In this document: piece after piece, positions 13,213 to 26,518 of the stretch
How the letters are laid out: every line of letters starts with the position of its first letter
How positions within the stretch are numbered: position 1 is the first letter of the stretch
NCBI GenBank assembly: GCA_964016885.1
Contig: CAXHJY010001675.1
Coordinates: 1 to 64,000 of the forward strand
From: Eledone cirrhosa
Taxonomy: Eukaryota
Length of the DNA: 64,000 nucleotides
Direction: 5' to 3'
Notes under the pieces: generated by a model
What the model was told of the DNA's origin: nothing
What the model saw: the letters and a program-made list of their open reading frames with translations, nothing else
Database searches by the model: none
Position numbers and translations under genes: made by a program

Positions 13213-16190
13213 ACAGCTGTCGTCTTTCATGCGCATCACGTGACCATACCAACGTAGCCTTCTCTCGAGTAAACAGCATCTGATCCCTCTTATTTCTAAT
13301 TTTTCCCTTAGTTTGTTTATGCTTTGCCATTCGCGTATATTACTATTACACATCCAGCGGAGCATGAGAGCTTCGTTCCTCTCTAGTCTGCGTATATCCT
13401 CTGCACAATGCCCAGGTCTCACTGCCATGCAACATTGCTGTTCGTATGCAGGCATCATACTGCCTGCCTTTCATTTTTAGGGAGAACCCTTTAGCGGCCA
13501 ATAGTGGTATAAGCTCTCTGAACTTTTTCCATCCAGTTCTGACTCTAGCTACTGTACTTTCAGAGCACCCTCCCCCACTGCTGGTTTTGTCACCCAGGTA
13601 ACGGAAGCTGTCCACTATTTCTATAGAACCCTCTGCGCAATTGAAAGAGCTAGTATTTTGTGAGCACTTGCTGCTACTTATTGCATCAGAGCACCGGCCA
13701 CATGTAAAATCTATGTTCTTAGTTAGCTTACCTATGATCCCACTACATCTTTTATGCACCCATACTTTGCATTTGGGACATAAAATGAAGTTTCTACCTA
13801 CGCCTTTCCTACACACTGAGCATGGCCATTTCCCGGAAGGGACCGGCGCCTTATTTTCTTTCCTACAAACTAGAACTTTAGTCTTAGCCAGGTTAATTTT
13901 AAGGCCTTTTGATTCTAGGCTGTGCTTCCATGTTTGGAATTTCTTCTCTAGCTCGGCCATTGATTCAGCTATGAGCGTTAGATCATCTGCGTATCGGAGT
14001 TCCCATGGGCAGCCGGTCTTGAACTCCACTGTTATAACCTGAGGGGCAATAATAAATAGTAGGGGGCTAAGAACAGAGCCCTGATGAACACCAACTTTTA
14101 CGCTAAACTCTTCACTATATTCGTTGTTAATTCTAACCTTGCTGACTGTTTCTTTATACATGGCTTGTATAGCTCTCACAAGCCATTCATCAACACCTAG
14201 TTTTCTAAGAGCCCACCAGATAATGGAACGGGGGACTCTGTCGAAGGCTTTCTCCAAGTCGACGAAAGCTAAGTATAGGGGTTTACTTTTAGCTAGGTAC
14301 TTCTCCTGTGGTTGTCGTACAATGAAAAGAGCGTCTGTGGTACTTTTGCCTGACACAAACCCGAATTGCATTTCATCTAGATCGATTCTCTCTCTGATTA
14401 GTTGCGCTATTACTTTTTCCGTGACCTTCATGACCTGGTCGATTAATTTAATGCCTCTATAGTTACTCCTATCTAGGGCGTCTCCTTTACCCTTGTAGCA
14501 GTTAATGATGATGCTGCTACGCCAGTCCTTCGGAACAACCCCATTCTGTATGACTTGGTTTACTATCCGGGTGACCATGGTGTGTCCCACCGTTCCAGAG
14601 GCTTTCAGCATCTCAGCAACTATTTCCGAAGGCCCAGCCGCCTTGCCCGTCTTCATATCTTTGATTGCCTTACTTATTATACTACCTTCTACTAACACTG
14701 CTGGTCCCTCTATTGGGTCAATGTGGGAGAGACTGTCTTTCTCCCATTTATTCTCCTCATTTAGTAGCCTTTCGTAGTGACACTTCCAAGCTACCTTCTT
14801 ATCAGCGTCAGTGGTGGCAAGTACGCCATCATCATTAAGTACACACTTCTCCCCGACAATATCATGGTTCTCCTTGACACATTGCCTAGCAATCCTGAAC
14901 ACCTCACGTTTTTGGTCCTCGCGTTGTAGAACATGCTTGAACTTTCTTTCCTCTGCTTCCCTTCTTGCGAAGTGCACTTGTCTCCTAGCTTCCCTCCTGG
15001 CCACTTGATAATCTTCTTTACTTCCCCCATCCCGCCATACTTTCCAAGCCTGCTTTTTGGCCTTAATTGACTCCTCCACCTTACTGTTCCACCACCATGT
15101 TACTCTCCTCCTGCCTACAGGCCTGCTCCAGCCACAGACTTCGTCTGCCGCCATCGGCAGGTTTGCTTTCAGGAATTCCCACTGTTCCTCTATACTGTAC
15201 GACTCTAATTGCTCTTCCTTACTGTCGAAAGCATCAAGTAATATGCTTTTAAATTTAATTCTGGCTGTGGGGTCCTTTAGCTTCCATATTTTTCTCCTGA
15301 GGATAGTCCTCTTCTGCTGTCGAGTAGGTCTCGTCCTGACTATGAGGTCGCTAATTATCAGTCTATGTTGGGAGGTGCATTCTTCATGGGGGAGGGATTT
15401 AGTGTTTACAACAGACACTCTGTCACGTCTTCTGGTAAGGATATAATCTACCTGGCTTGTGTGTTCCCCCGATCTATAGGTGATCAGGTGATTGTCTCGT
15501 TTTTTTAAATTAGTGTTACAGATAGTTAGGTTATTTGCGTCACAGAATTCCATGATTCTGGAGCCTTCCTCATTTCTAGTACCAAACCCATAGCCTCCAT
15601 GGATTCCGTCATAGCCGTCACAATGTTGTCCAACGTGACCATTTAGGTCGCCTGCAATAATTATATAGTCACTGTCGGTTATTTGGGAGGTAGTGAGCAT
15701 CAGTGTCTCATAGAATCTGTCTTTTATAGTGCCGGGCAGTCCGGATTGGGGTGCGTACGCAGATATTACTGTCACCGTCGTTCTACTGAGGACAAGTCTT
15801 ATTTTCATTATTCTGTCGTTCACTCTATTTACGTCTATTATCTTATCTGCCCACTTTTCTGCTACCATGATTCCTACTCCACCCAGCCCATTGTCATTTC
15901 CCACCCAGAAAAGCTTATAGCATCGTTCTTTACCCACGATGAATCTAGCAGACCCACCCCTCCACCTGGTCTCTTGAATACAACAAACATCGACCTCCTT
16001 ACGTTCAAGCATTTCTACAACCTCGTTAGAGCGACCCTTTAAGGTGCCTACATTCATGGTACCACCTCTGAAGTTTTGGATTGCGTTTGGAGGGTGGGAG
16101 CGCGGGGGGGGGGGGGGGGGTATGTTAGCCATCCGCGGCCGAAACAAAGAGGAGGAGTGCTTTCATTCTCGTCCACGAGGTGAATATATA
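13213..16190 (-). mobile_element. Near-full-length RTE-clade LINE; 933-aa ORF (13346-16147) with APE endonuclease, RT and PHD-like finger; frameshift near 13405, 3' end cut
   Basis: TMNVGTL, CIQETRW, SAYAPQ, AGDLNGH, QVDYIL and SQHRL (APE); AFVDLEKAFDRV, GVHQGSVLSPLLF and YADD (RT); C-terminus continues in the 13036-13458 frame. Confidence 0.97.
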
Positions 16191-16249
16191 TTAATTCTTC
16201 ATGACAAAAGAACACCTAGCCATCCTTAAGCCCTCTTTTGTCATGGTGA

Positions 16250-16612
16250 TCATGTTGGTGACAAGACAAATAGGGAGCTCATGTTAACGACACGACAATA
16301 TACACCCAGTCCACCCTGTAAAGTGGTCATGTTGGTGCCACATCAAAAAGTGCCCAGTCCACACAGTTAAGTGGTTGTGTTGGTAACATGATAAAAAGTG
16401 TCCACTCCACACTGTAAAGTAGTCGTTTTCATGCCACAATAAAAAAGCACCCTATTGACACTGTAAATGTGGTGGTATTAGGAAGGGCATCCAGCCATAG
16501 AAACTAAGCCAGAAACAATTGTCTATGAGCAAGACATTGCCATCTGATCTAACTTGTCTCACAATGTGACTACTCATCTAACCTATGGTAGCATGGAAAA
16601 TGGATGTTAATT
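16250..16612 (+). mobile_element. Decayed RTE-3'UTR/SINE repeat
   Basis: Tandem CCACACTGTAAAGTGG units, GGAAGGGCATCCAGCCATAGAAAC and GCATGGAAAATGGATGTTAA. Confidence 0.75.
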
Positions 16613-16744
16613 AGGAAGATTTCAAACAACATTGTATGATTTAATTTTAAAGCAAGAATATAATTCAATTGTTCATCTACAGTTTAGCAGTATAGTAAAA
16701 TTTCCACTTTTCAATCTCTATATTTTAAGTATCCTCACTGTCTT

Positions 16745-16767
16745 ACACCATTTCTTTATTATTTCAG
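16745..16767 (+). promoter_or_regulatory. Putative splice acceptor of the ZNF terminal exon (paralogous acceptor at 24127-24128)
   Basis: TTTCTTTATTATTTCAG|ATTATC occurs upstream of both ZNF ORFs within a homologous block (16680-16960 vs 24045-24340). Confidence 0.65.
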
Positions 16768-17278
16768 ATTATCAGATGACATTGGCATAAAATTATTTCC
16801 TTCAAACACATCAACAACATTTACCATATTTTAAAAGTGTTATGGTTGAATTTCTGTGAAATATTTCTCCTAAACTAAGATTAATATCAGCATTTCTCTA
16901 CCTCACACTTTATCTGGAATATGTACAAGATAATTTTATGTTCTAATTAAAGTTGGAAAATTCGTCATGAAAACAGCTGGATTCTCTGCAAGAAATTTCA
17001 TATTTGGATATATGTCTTAATAACTGGATCTTTTTTAATGTTACCTAACTTGTTGTTTCTTACTATAAAACGGATTTCTATCATAATAAACCATCTTGGA
17101 ATAATTAATCCCAAACACTATTTTTATAATAATAAATCACCTTGTAAGTAACTGTGTGCAGCATCTTTAGATATTGACAAACATCACGCTTACTGGAAGT
17201 ATAGTTGAAAAAATATTTGTTAGAAAAAAAAAACCTAACACAAGAAAAATACCTGTATACTGTTTTGAAACAAAAAAA

Positions 17279-18397
17279 ATGGAAGCTGAATTATGTGAGA
17301 CCCAGATTAAATATAAAACAGACTCCAAAATACGGATGGAGTTTCCTAGTGAAATACTGAATAAGATAGGAAAACAATCATATTGCTGTGTTATTTGTAA
17401 AAAGTCGTTCTCTAGAAATAGTAACCTTACTAGACATATACGTATTCATACAGGAGAGAAACCATATCCCTGTGATATCTGTGGTAAAGCATTCTCTCAA
17501 AGTGGTGTCTTGACTATTCACAAACGTATTCATACAAGAGATAAACCATATCAATGTGATATTTGTGGTAAATCATTCTCCCGAAGGACTCCCTTCGTTT
17601 CTCACAAACGCATTCATACAGCAGAGAAACCGTATCACAGTGATATCTCAGATAAATCGATGTCTACAACAGTTCACCCATCTTCTCACAAACGCATTCA
17701 TGCAGGAGATAGACCATTTCAATGTGATATCTGCGGCAAAACATTCGCTATAGATAGGCATTTAACTATTCACACACGTATTCATACAGGAGAGAAACCA
17801 TACCACTGTGAGATCTGTGGTAGATCATTCTCTCAAGCTAATCACTTAACTACTCACATACGTGTTCATACAGGTGAGAAGCCATATCACTGTGATGTTT
17901 GTGGTAAATCATTCTCTGTAACATGTAGTTTAACTAAACACAAACGCATTCATACAGGAGAGAAACCATATCATTGCGATATCTGTGGTAAATCATTCTC
18001 TATAGATAGTCATTTAACAACTCACAAACGCATTCATACAGGAGAGAAACCATTTCTCTGTGAAATATGTGGCAAATCCTTCTCTCGAAGAAATTACTTG
18101 ACTTCTCATGAACGTATTCATACAGGAGATAAACCATATCACTGTAGTATCTGTGGTAAATCTTTCTCTCAAAGTGGGGACTTAACTACTCACAAACGTA
18201 CTCATACGGGAGAGAAGCCATATCACTGTGATATCTGTGGTAAATCATTTTGTCGAAGAAGCCACTTATCTACACACAAATGCATGCTATCAGAAGAGAA
18301 TCCATATGACTGTGAAATCTGTGATAAATCATTCTCTGAAAATGGCAACTTATGTCCTCATAAATGGATACATATAAGTGAGATGGTCTATCAATGA
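17279..18397 (+). CDS. Tandem C2H2 zinc-finger protein A (~12 finger units, 10 canonical)
   Basis: CxxC-x12-HxxxH with TGEKP linkers; start placed at [12 protein letters not shown] by homology with [12 protein letters not shown] of the paralogue. Confidence 0.93.
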   Translation: MEAELCETQIKYKTDSKIRMEFPSEILNKIGKQSYCCVICKKSFSRNSNLTRHIRIHTGEKPYPCDICGKAFSQSGVLTIHKRIHTRDKPYQCDICGKSFSRRTPFVSHKRIHTAEKPYHSDISDKSMSTTVHPSSHKRIHAGDRPFQCDICGKTFAIDRHLTIHTRIHTGEKPYHCEICGRSFSQANHLTTHIRVHTGEKPYHCDVCGKSFSVTCSLTKHKRIHTGEKPYHCDICGKSFSIDSHLTTHKRIHTGEKPFLCEICGKSFSRRNYLTSHERIHTGDKPYHCSICGKSFSQSGDLTTHKRTHTGEKPYHCDICGKSFCRRSHLSTHKCMLSEENPYDCEICDKSFSENGNLCPHKWIHISEMVYQ

Positions 18398-18859
18398 TAT
18401 CTAATAAATCATTTTTCCTAACTCTTTTGATATCAACCATCGAAACTCTGGTTCTATGAAACAAAACCACTCATTATAAAGTGTTACTATTTAACTCTAA
18501 ATATTGTGTCATAGTTTTGCAGAAAATATCAAAATACAGTTTTGTTAATCCAAATGTTTATCATATATTTACAACTGCACAGATTGTTGTGAAAATTTGC
18601 CAAATTAAAGTAGTCTTCAATCTAGTGTGATGCAGCCATAGAGCCATTTTGTACTTTTCAAGAAATCTTGCTAATGCAGTTTTATGTGGTACAGGACATT
18701 AAAAGTTCAGTTAACATTATTTGATATAAGAACCTTTTGTTAAATTATGTTACAGAAACTATCTTAATAATTAAATGATATTAGTAAATCCCTCCAAATT
18801 CTTCTTTAATTAATTCAAATACTGTGTATTTCATTATAGATATGTAATGAAATGGTTAT

Positions 18860-19110
18860 CATCATCAATGTTTAACATCCATTTGCTGCATGGGTTTGAC
18901 CGATTGTCATAATATGACAAGTCTTGTTCATATGGATCTGTATTTTCACATGGTTTCTATAGCCAGGTGCCTTTCCTAACACCAACCATGTTACAGTATG
19001 GACTGAGTGCTTTTTATCGTGACAGCTAACAGGGTGGATTGCGTGTCTTTTGCCATAACACCAGCACAACCACTTTACAGGGTGGACTTTTTTCTTGTGT
19101 CACTAGCATG
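18860..19110 (-). mobile_element. Decayed RTE-3'UTR/SINE repeat
   Basis: (CAT)n, TTTAACATCCATTT, TGCCTTTCCTAACACCAACC. Confidence 0.65.
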
Positions 19111-20188
19111 ACATGGTTAATTAAACTAAAATATGTTTACATTGGAGAAAAGCCATATCACTTATATCTGTACTAAATTATTCTGACAATTATGTTTTAA
19201 ATAGAGAAGTATATGAAGGGAATTTTTTTATTAATGATATATTCACTCAAGAGAAGAGTATATTCTCTTAAAGAAATTTCTAGAAAATGGAAAAGATCTG
19301 TTGATTTATTTGACACTTTGGACAGACAGCTGAGAAATATATTTGTCCAAATGTGGTATTACATTGCTGTACAGTTATATTTGAATAAAATACATAAACC
19401 ATTGCAGAAAATATTTCATCATAACAAAGGTTACATGTATGAAATCTTGTATGTGTGTTCTTATATTTTATATACATTCTTTCATGTTTCATATATTCTG
19501 GTGTGAAGTTTATAAGGATTCTTTTGTTATATTCATAGCATGAGCTTGTCATAATTCTTTTGTCTTATATATAGTATGAGTTTGTCACAATTCTTTTGTA
19601 TGTTTTGAAAGAGAGGAAGGGAAAATGAAGAAAGATTGCAGTGGTTTGATACTAAACCAGCCTGGGTTCTATGATACAAAATTGTTTGTATACAGTCCTA
19701 TGCGAGCAAGACAACCACTCTTGCCTCAAGTGGGAAAACTCCTGTCCAAACCCATGCAAGCATGGAACACGGACGTTAAACGATGATGATGATGATGATG
19801 ATCTAAAAGCCTTCCATCATAATTTTTTGCTAAATTATGTTCCAAATATCAATTTCATAATCAGAAAATTATATTAAATTTCTCAAAATCTGTATCATTA
19901 GAATTGTGATAACAAAAGAGTTAAAAAAGATTGAAGTTGTTTGTGAATTAATGAAATTTGTGAAGGCTTGTCCCTTAAATAGGGAAAACTATCCATGAGT
20001 GTGTTGAAGCTTTCTCAATTGGCTGATATTGAATCGGGGTAATATGCTAGAAAAAAATAATGCATTTTCTCACATTTAGAAAGGAAATCCAACTACTTAC
20101 GGCAGAGCAGAAGGCCATGATTGTTTTGGGGAGAAAAGACATGGGAGTCAGGAGGTTTGTAATGCTCAATCAACTTGCAACAGTTTAA

Positions 20189-20407
20189 CCCTTTAGCATT
20201 TACATTACTCTATATCTACTATTGTATTTTTGTGGCGAAGGCTTTATCTTACATAATTATCTTACATAATACTGAATCTGAGATTTTGATATAATTTATT
20301 TTTAGAACAATACCTCAACATCAGTATGAGCGGCCGGTTATAACTGGTTTGAACAGAAAGGGGTAAGAGAATTCTGGGTGGATATGGCCGATTTAAATGC
20401 TAACTGG
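20189..20407. mobile_element. piggyBac-like MITE (inverted second copy at 60975-61185)
   Basis: TTAA on both flanks; ends CCCTTTAGCATTTA / TAAATGCTAACTGG; internal match to the 61-kb copy. Confidence 0.8.
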
Positions 20408-20640
20408 TTAAGCAGAACATGAACAGCAACAATCCATTTTTGGAGGAGCTGTGAAGGCCATGAATGTTACTCTTTTCCCCCAAGATACCAAATAAAAGAA
20501 AATGTGAAAATGTGTGAGCTAGCCTTAGTAATGGAGATGTTCATAAAGTGTCAAGGCAGAGCTAAAATTCAAAGCTGGATGGAAATAGTTTATTCCTAAT
20601 GTTCTATAAAGTATGAATCTGGTTTAGGTCCAGTCAATTG

Positions 20641-21152
20641 GCATGGCTGTGTGGTTAAAATGTTTGTATCACAATCATGTGGACTTGGGTTCTATACCAT
20701 TATTTGGCATTTTGAGCAAGTGGCTTCTACTGACAACACCATGATAAATGCACCCATTACATCTTGTAAGGTGGTTGATGATAGGATGAGCATATTACTG
20801 TAGAAACCATACCAAAATGTTCATGAGGACTCTTAGCCTTGTCAGAGGTACAACAACCTCTCTAATGTTGGTGAACTACATAATAAATGCACCCAGTAAA
20901 CTCTGTACAGTGATTGGTGGTAGGAAAGGCATCCAATTGTAGAAAACCTGCCAAACAAAGGGTTGGGAAAACTTCAGCTATACCAAAAACATGAGAACTT
21001 CCTTAGAGTTGGTGCCACTGTAAAAGGCATTTGGTTGAGTGCAGGATCATATGCTGAGTCCATAGCCCACCTGGAGTTTAGAGGTTCTACTTGAGTATTG
21101 ACCAGTCTGTGATGATATGTACAACCTTTGCTAGCATGGAAAGTGGATTTTA
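20641..21152 (+). mobile_element. Decayed tRNA-headed SINE with RTE-type tail
   Basis: Head GGCTGTGTGGTTAA...GGGTTCTATACC (A/B-box like), then repeated RTE-UTR units and GCTAGCATGGAAAGTGGAT. Confidence 0.6.
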
Positions 21153-21154
21153 AA

Positions 21155-21310
21155 TAATTGTTTCTACTTTTGGCACAAGGCCAGCAATTACCCAGTACAT
21201 TACTGGTACTTTATTTTATCGATCCCGTAAGGATGAAAGGCAAAGTTGACCTTGGCGGGATTTGAACTCTATGCGTCAAAGCATGGCGTCCGACCCTCTA
21301 CCGATCCACC
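21155..21310 (-). mobile_element. tRNA-derived SINE (related pieces at 43063-43215, 51440-51515, 59145-59210)
   Basis: Minus strand GAGTTCAAATCCCGCCAAGGTCAACTTTGCCTTTCATCC...GATAAAATAAAGTACCAGT; B-box-like motif; repeated in the window. Confidence 0.75.
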
Positions 21311-22009
21311 GTCCCTAGTGGATGTTAAATAATGATATATAGCATTTTGCCATCAAAACAATTTAAACTTGATTGTAAGGCTTATATGCATTGAAATAAC
21401 CTCTTTAGTGTTCGTGATCTACACAATAATCATATCCTGTACACACTAAAATGATTGAAGATAAGGGCATCCAGCCATAGAAAGCCTGCCAAAGAGTTTA
21501 GAGGACTCTTCAGTTGTGTCAAAGATATGACAACCTCCTTAATGCTGGTGCCATGATTAAATGCATTCAGTGTATGTAATTGAGATATAGGACACTAGTT
21601 TGTATCAGAGGTCAGTAGCTTCTCTTGAGTACTTGACAATCCATCCAAACTTTGCTAACAGAGAAAATGAGTATTGAATATTGATGATGTATATCACAAT
21701 AATTAAAACATGATCCTGTGACAACCACTTTGAGCCTTATTTGACTGGGAAGTATCGAGTTGTAGAATAACAGCTATTTATTTATGGTCATTAAAAGCAT
21801 TTATCAATCTATCTACCTACCAGCTTCTGTGTCTGTTTACTGATCTATTTATTACCTACCTATATGTGTATCTATCTGTCTAGCTATCTGCTTATCTATT
21901 TATGTTTATTTCCCATGAATCCAATAGCAGTCCGAAGATAGATAGACATATATAACAAAATCATCGTCATTTGGTGGATATATATTTGATATAAGATTAA
22001 AGAAATGAA

Positions 22010-22265
22010 TAATAATAATGAAAATATTGTGCACAATGCTCAGGTGCACTACAACTCATCAAAAGTGTATGTATAGTACATAGGGTAATGTACAAACGTC
22101 AGGAAAATGAACAGTGCATGAGTCATGATATACACATGTGTGGAAGGGGGGCGTCAGGTGTGGTTTTGGCGAATTTCGGGAAGCATGAGGGTTTTAAAGG
22201 ATGCAGTGTCTCGGCAGCTAACAACTGACGCAGGCAGTTTGTTCCATGCTTCAGCAACTCTAAGA
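22010..22265 (-). mobile_element. CR1-clade LINE 3' end
   Basis: Matches 59910-60180 (GGATGCAGTGTCTCGGCAGCTAACAA); (AAT)n tail. Confidence 0.85.
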
Positions 22266-22599
22266 AAATTGATTTAATTAATGCAAAATAAAATCCAGTT
22301 GATATTTTTAAATACGTTACTTTATTTCGTTATTTTAGTTATCTTTTAAAATTTTAATATTAAATCAGGTGATATCGTGCTTTAAGGCACACTCAAAGGG
22401 ACATAACTTATGAAATATTAAATCGAAACATAGCTGTCATGTCACAACGGCGATTACCAGAGTTATAAGACGAATGAGGTCAAGGAAATTTGGGAATTCA
22501 AGCACCTTTACATAGAATGTAATAATAAAGAAAATTATTAAATTAAATAATTTTTTTACGGATAGTATGTTAGTATATGTGTGTACGTGTCACTTCTCT

Positions 22600-22868
22600 T
22601 ATCTTTCTTCCGGTACCATAGTTATTAAAACAGGAAAGAAGTAAACCTCATTCTGAATAAAGAGGCTTTGCTTCGCCATTGTTTTCTTAATCAGCTTTCA
22701 ATTCTGTGTCCTGGCTACCCGCTACAATATTTCTCTTGCACATCAGGTGTTGGTGCTGTCAAAACCAAGTAAAAACACCATCACCGGCATGTAAGAGGGT
22801 TTCTCCGATATAGAAACACATAATATTTGTATATATTTCACAACCAGGCTACATTGATATATGTAAGT
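22600..22868 (+). promoter_or_regulatory. Putative promoter and non-coding first exon of ZNF B, donor GTAAGT at 22863
   Basis: CpG-containing stretch with CTTCCGG (ETS-like) and CGCCATTG (YY1-like) motifs; consensus donor ~1.27 kb upstream of the acceptor at 24128. Confidence 0.45.
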
Positions 22869-23812
22869 ATTATATTGAATTATCAATAGATCTCGAAATG
22901 AAAAAATCTCGCCACACACACTATGTTAATTCATGTATAAATGAATTAGTATGTTGGACAGATTAAATATATAACACTTATAAAAAAAAAATAATGGAAT
23001 TATTGTGTGCAGTGCTCAGGTGAACTACAATTAAGAAAATGATTAAATATAGTCAGTGTACCTATGCATATATGTATTAGTATGTATAAATAAATGGTAA
23101 ATTTTAACATAAACACTCGTCTCGGGTTCGAGTAAAAATTTGTTTTGTTTTGTTCCTTTCTGTGCTTTTTTAACGAATCTGACTTCGAAACCCGACAGAA
23201 ATTATTTGTGATATCAAAGAGGGAAGAATATTTTGAAAAACAACAAATTCGAATGCCCATATTTGACACGAAGCCTTTCTGATACTCATAATTAAAAATG
23301 AAACTGATAAAACGAATAATTTCAGATAGTTTTGAAGGTTAGATTCGTTTGAAACACACTAAAAAATCTAGGAAAGATTGTAATGAAATATTCGAGGATG
23401 GGTAAGTTCGAAGTTCGCCCCTTTTCTCCTCTTTGTATCTGAAAAACAAGTAGTATCTGACTGGTTTCGAGGTCATAATCGTTGAAAACACACGTAAAAA
23501 GAGGGGGGCGGGGTCTGTGTATAGTATCTCCTGGCCAATGCAATTTCATTCATAATGTGGTATTGCATAATATTGAGCCCGTGTAACACAACGCCAGGAA
23601 TTGCATTTGAGATAACACAGCATCAAAAGGGCATGGAAAAACAAGGGAGTGTCTTTCGACTACGACAGCAGGCAAGTTGTGCAAATGATAGCACCTATTT
23701 TCCCTGGTAGCAAGTCAGTACGGAGCTACTAACATCTCAGACAGGGCAGAGGCCTCATCTCACTCTATAGTTGTATGTATGTATGTGCATATATATATAT
23801 ATATATATATAT

Positions 23813-23950
23813 ACTCGAGTAATAGTCGATCTCATATAAAAGTCGACTCCCTATTTTTGGCCAAAAAAATTGGGAATTTTCTCGTATCAAATTCGACCCT
23901 AGTATTTCACGAACATATAAATTAAAGAAAAATTTCTGAAACGAGATCGA
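23813..23950. mobile_element. Tc1/pogo-like MITE end fragment
   Basis: TATACTCGAGTAATAGTCGA...TAAAAGTCGAC resembles the terminus of the 26499 element. Confidence 0.45.
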
Positions 23951-24571
23951 TTGTCAATGCTATCCATATATATGTGTATATCCAGTTTAGAATAAGTATA
24001 CAATATATAGCAATGTTAAAGGTTTTTATCTATAATTTATTAGTATATAAATGTAGTAAAATTTCCACTGTTGAATCTCTACTTTTTAAGTATCCTCACT
24101 TTCATACACTATTTCTTTATTATTTCAGATTATCTGATGACATTGGCATAAAATTATTTATCATCTTGTGGAGATGTTACATAGAACCTTGTTTATATAA
24201 ATCTGTGGTTGAATTACTGTGAAATATTTCCTCTGAACTGAGATTAATATCAACATTTTTCTACCTCACTCACTGCCTGGAATATGTATAAGATAATTTT
24301 ATATTACCTTTAATTTTAGGCAAAATTACTATGAAGATATAATTGGCTTCTCTACCAAAAATTTCAAATCTGGATACATCTTGATAATGGGTTTTAAATT
24401 ACTGGTTGCTCCTTATAACAAGATAGTTTGTTTTTAATTGTTTGTAGCATCTTCACATTTTAACAAAGATCACAGTTGATCAAAATACAGTTGGAGAAAT
24501 ATTTGTTACAAATCAAATATATATCCTAACACAAGAGAAATATATGTATATTGTATTGAAAGAAGAAAATT

Positions 24572-26518
24572 ATGGAAACTGAGTTATGTGAAAACCAGAT
24601 TAAATATGAAACGGACACTATTGTTTTTCCTGATGAAATATTTAAACAGATAAAAAAACCACCATATCACTGTGATATCTGTAAAAAGTCATTCTCTAAA
24701 AATAGTAACTTAACTCGACACAAACGTATTCATACTCGAGAGAAACCATATCACTGTGATATTTGTAAAAAGTCATTCTCTAAAAAAAGTAACTTAACTC
24801 GACACAAACGTGTTCATACTCGAGAGAAACCATATCACTGTGATATTTGTGGTAAATCATTCTCCACAATAGTTCACTCAACTTCTCACAAACGCATTCA
24901 TACAGGAGATAGGCCATTTCAGTGTGATGTCTGTGATAAATCATTTGCTATCGATAGTCACTTAACTATTCACAAACGTATTCATACAGGGGAGAAACCA
25001 TATAACTGTGAAATCTGTGGTAGATCATTCTCTCAGACAAGTCACTTAACTACTCACATACGTATTCATACAGGAGAGAAGCCATTTCACTGTGATGTTT
25101 GTGGTAAATCATTCTCTGTAACATGTAGTTTAACTAAACATAAACGCATTCATACAGGAGAGAAACCATATCATTGCGATATCTGTGGTAAATCATTCTC
25201 TATAGATAGTCACTTAACAACTCACAAACGCATTCATACAGGAGAGAAACCATTTCTCTGTGAAGTATGTGGCAAATCCTTCTCTCGAAGAAGTTACTTG
25301 ACTTCTCATGAACGTATTCACACAGGAGATAAACCATATTACTGTAGTACCTGTGGTAAATCTTTCTCCCAAAATGGGGACTTAACTATTCACAAACGTA
25401 TTCATATGAGAGATAAAACATATCAGTGTAAAATCTGTGGTAAAACATTTTCTAGGAGGGGTCCCTTGACTTTTCATCAACGCATTCATACAGGAGATAA
25501 AACAAACCACAGTGATATTTATGGTAAATCATTCTCAACCACCATTCTCTCAACTTCTCACAAAGGCATTCATACAAGAAAGAAACCATTTCACTGTGCT
25601 AAATCAATTTCTATAGATGGTCACTTAACTACTCATAAACCTGTTTGTACTGCAGAGAAACCATATCACTATGAGATTTGTAATAAATCATCCTCTCTAG
25701 ATAGTCACTTAACTAAACACAAACAGATTCATACAAAAGAAAAGCCATATCAATGTGATATCTGTGGAAATTTATTCTCTACACATAGCCAATTATCTAT
25801 TCATAAACACATCCATACTGGAGAGAAATCATATCAATGTGATATTTCTGGTAAATCATTTTCTCAAAGTGGTAGCTTAACTACTCAGAAACTTATTCAT
25901 ACAGATGATAAATTGTATATCTGCAATATGTGTGGTGAATCATTCTCTCAAAAAAATGTCTTCATTGCTCATCAATGTATTCATAAGGGAGAAAAGCCAC
26001 ATCACAGTAATATCTCTGATAATTCAATCTCTACAATAGCTCACTCAACTTCTTACAAATACATTAATTCAGGAGATAGGCCATTTCAGTGTGATATCTG
26101 TGATAAATCATTTGCTATAGATAGTCACTTAACTATTCATAAACGTATTCATACAGGGGAGAAGCCATACCAGTGTGAGATCTGTGGTAAATCATTCTCT
26201 CAAGCAAATCATTTAACTACTCACATACGTATTCATACAGGAGAGAAGCCATTTCACTGCAATATCTGTGGTAAATCATTCTCTGTTACATGTAGCTTAA
26301 CAAAACACAAACGCATTCATACAGGAGAGAAACCATATCATTGTGATATCTGTGGTAAATCATTCTCTATAGATAGTCACTTAACTACACACAAACGCGT
26401 TCATACAGGAGAGAAGCCATTTCTCTGTGATATATGTGGTAAATCATTCTCTCGAAGAAATTACTTGACTTTTCATGAACACATTCATATTAAAGATACC
26501 ATATATACTAGAATATAA
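24572..26518 (+). CDS. Tandem C2H2 zinc-finger protein B (~22 units, central ones degenerate); C-terminus supplied by a transposon
   Basis: 648-aa ORF of HTGEKP-linked fingers; paralogue of ZNF A. Confidence 0.94.
   Translation: METELCENQIKYETDTIVFPDEIFKQIKKPPYHCDICKKSFSKNSNLTRHKRIHTREKPYHCDICKKSFSKKSNLTRHKRVHTREKPYHCDICGKSFSTIVHSTSHKRIHTGDRPFQCDVCDKSFAIDSHLTIHKRIHTGEKPYNCEICGRSFSQTSHLTTHIRIHTGEKPFHCDVCGKSFSVTCSLTKHKRIHTGEKPYHCDICGKSFSIDSHLTTHKRIHTGEKPFLCEVCGKSFSRRSYLTSHERIHTGDKPYYCSTCGKSFSQNGDLTIHKRIHMRDKTYQCKICGKTFSRRGPLTFHQRIHTGDKTNHSDIYGKSFSTTILSTSHKGIHTRKKPFHCAKSISIDGHLTTHKPVCTAEKPYHYEICNKSSSLDSHLTKHKQIHTKEKPYQCDICGNLFSTHSQLSIHKHIHTGEKSYQCDISGKSFSQSGSLTTQKLIHTDDKLYICNMCGESFSQKNVFIAHQCIHKGEKPHHSNISDNSISTIAHSTSYKYINSGDRPFQCDICDKSFAIDSHLTIHKRIHTGEKPYQCEICGKSFSQANHLTTHIRIHTGEKPFHCNICGKSFSVTCSLTKHKRIHTGEKPYHCDICGKSFSIDSHLTTHKRVHTGEKPFLCDICGKSFSRRNYLTFHEHIHIKDTIYTRI

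Noticed and set aside
13641-16042. Plus-strand ORFs overlapping the RTE (and similar ones over the Gypsy element)
   Set aside because: Antisense shadows of retroelement coding sequence.
16300-16480. Regularly spaced CCACACTGTAAAGTGG units resembling a CRISPR array
   Set aside because: They are internal tandem units of the RTE/SINE 3' UTR in a eukaryotic context, with no cas genes.
17174-17278. N-terminal extension of ZNF A in the ORF track
   Set aside because: It starts at TTG; the paralogue supports the ATG at 17279.
24134-24155. CTGATGA near the ZNF B splice acceptor
   Set aside because: No stem II or GAAA follows, and the paralogous site reads CAGATGA.
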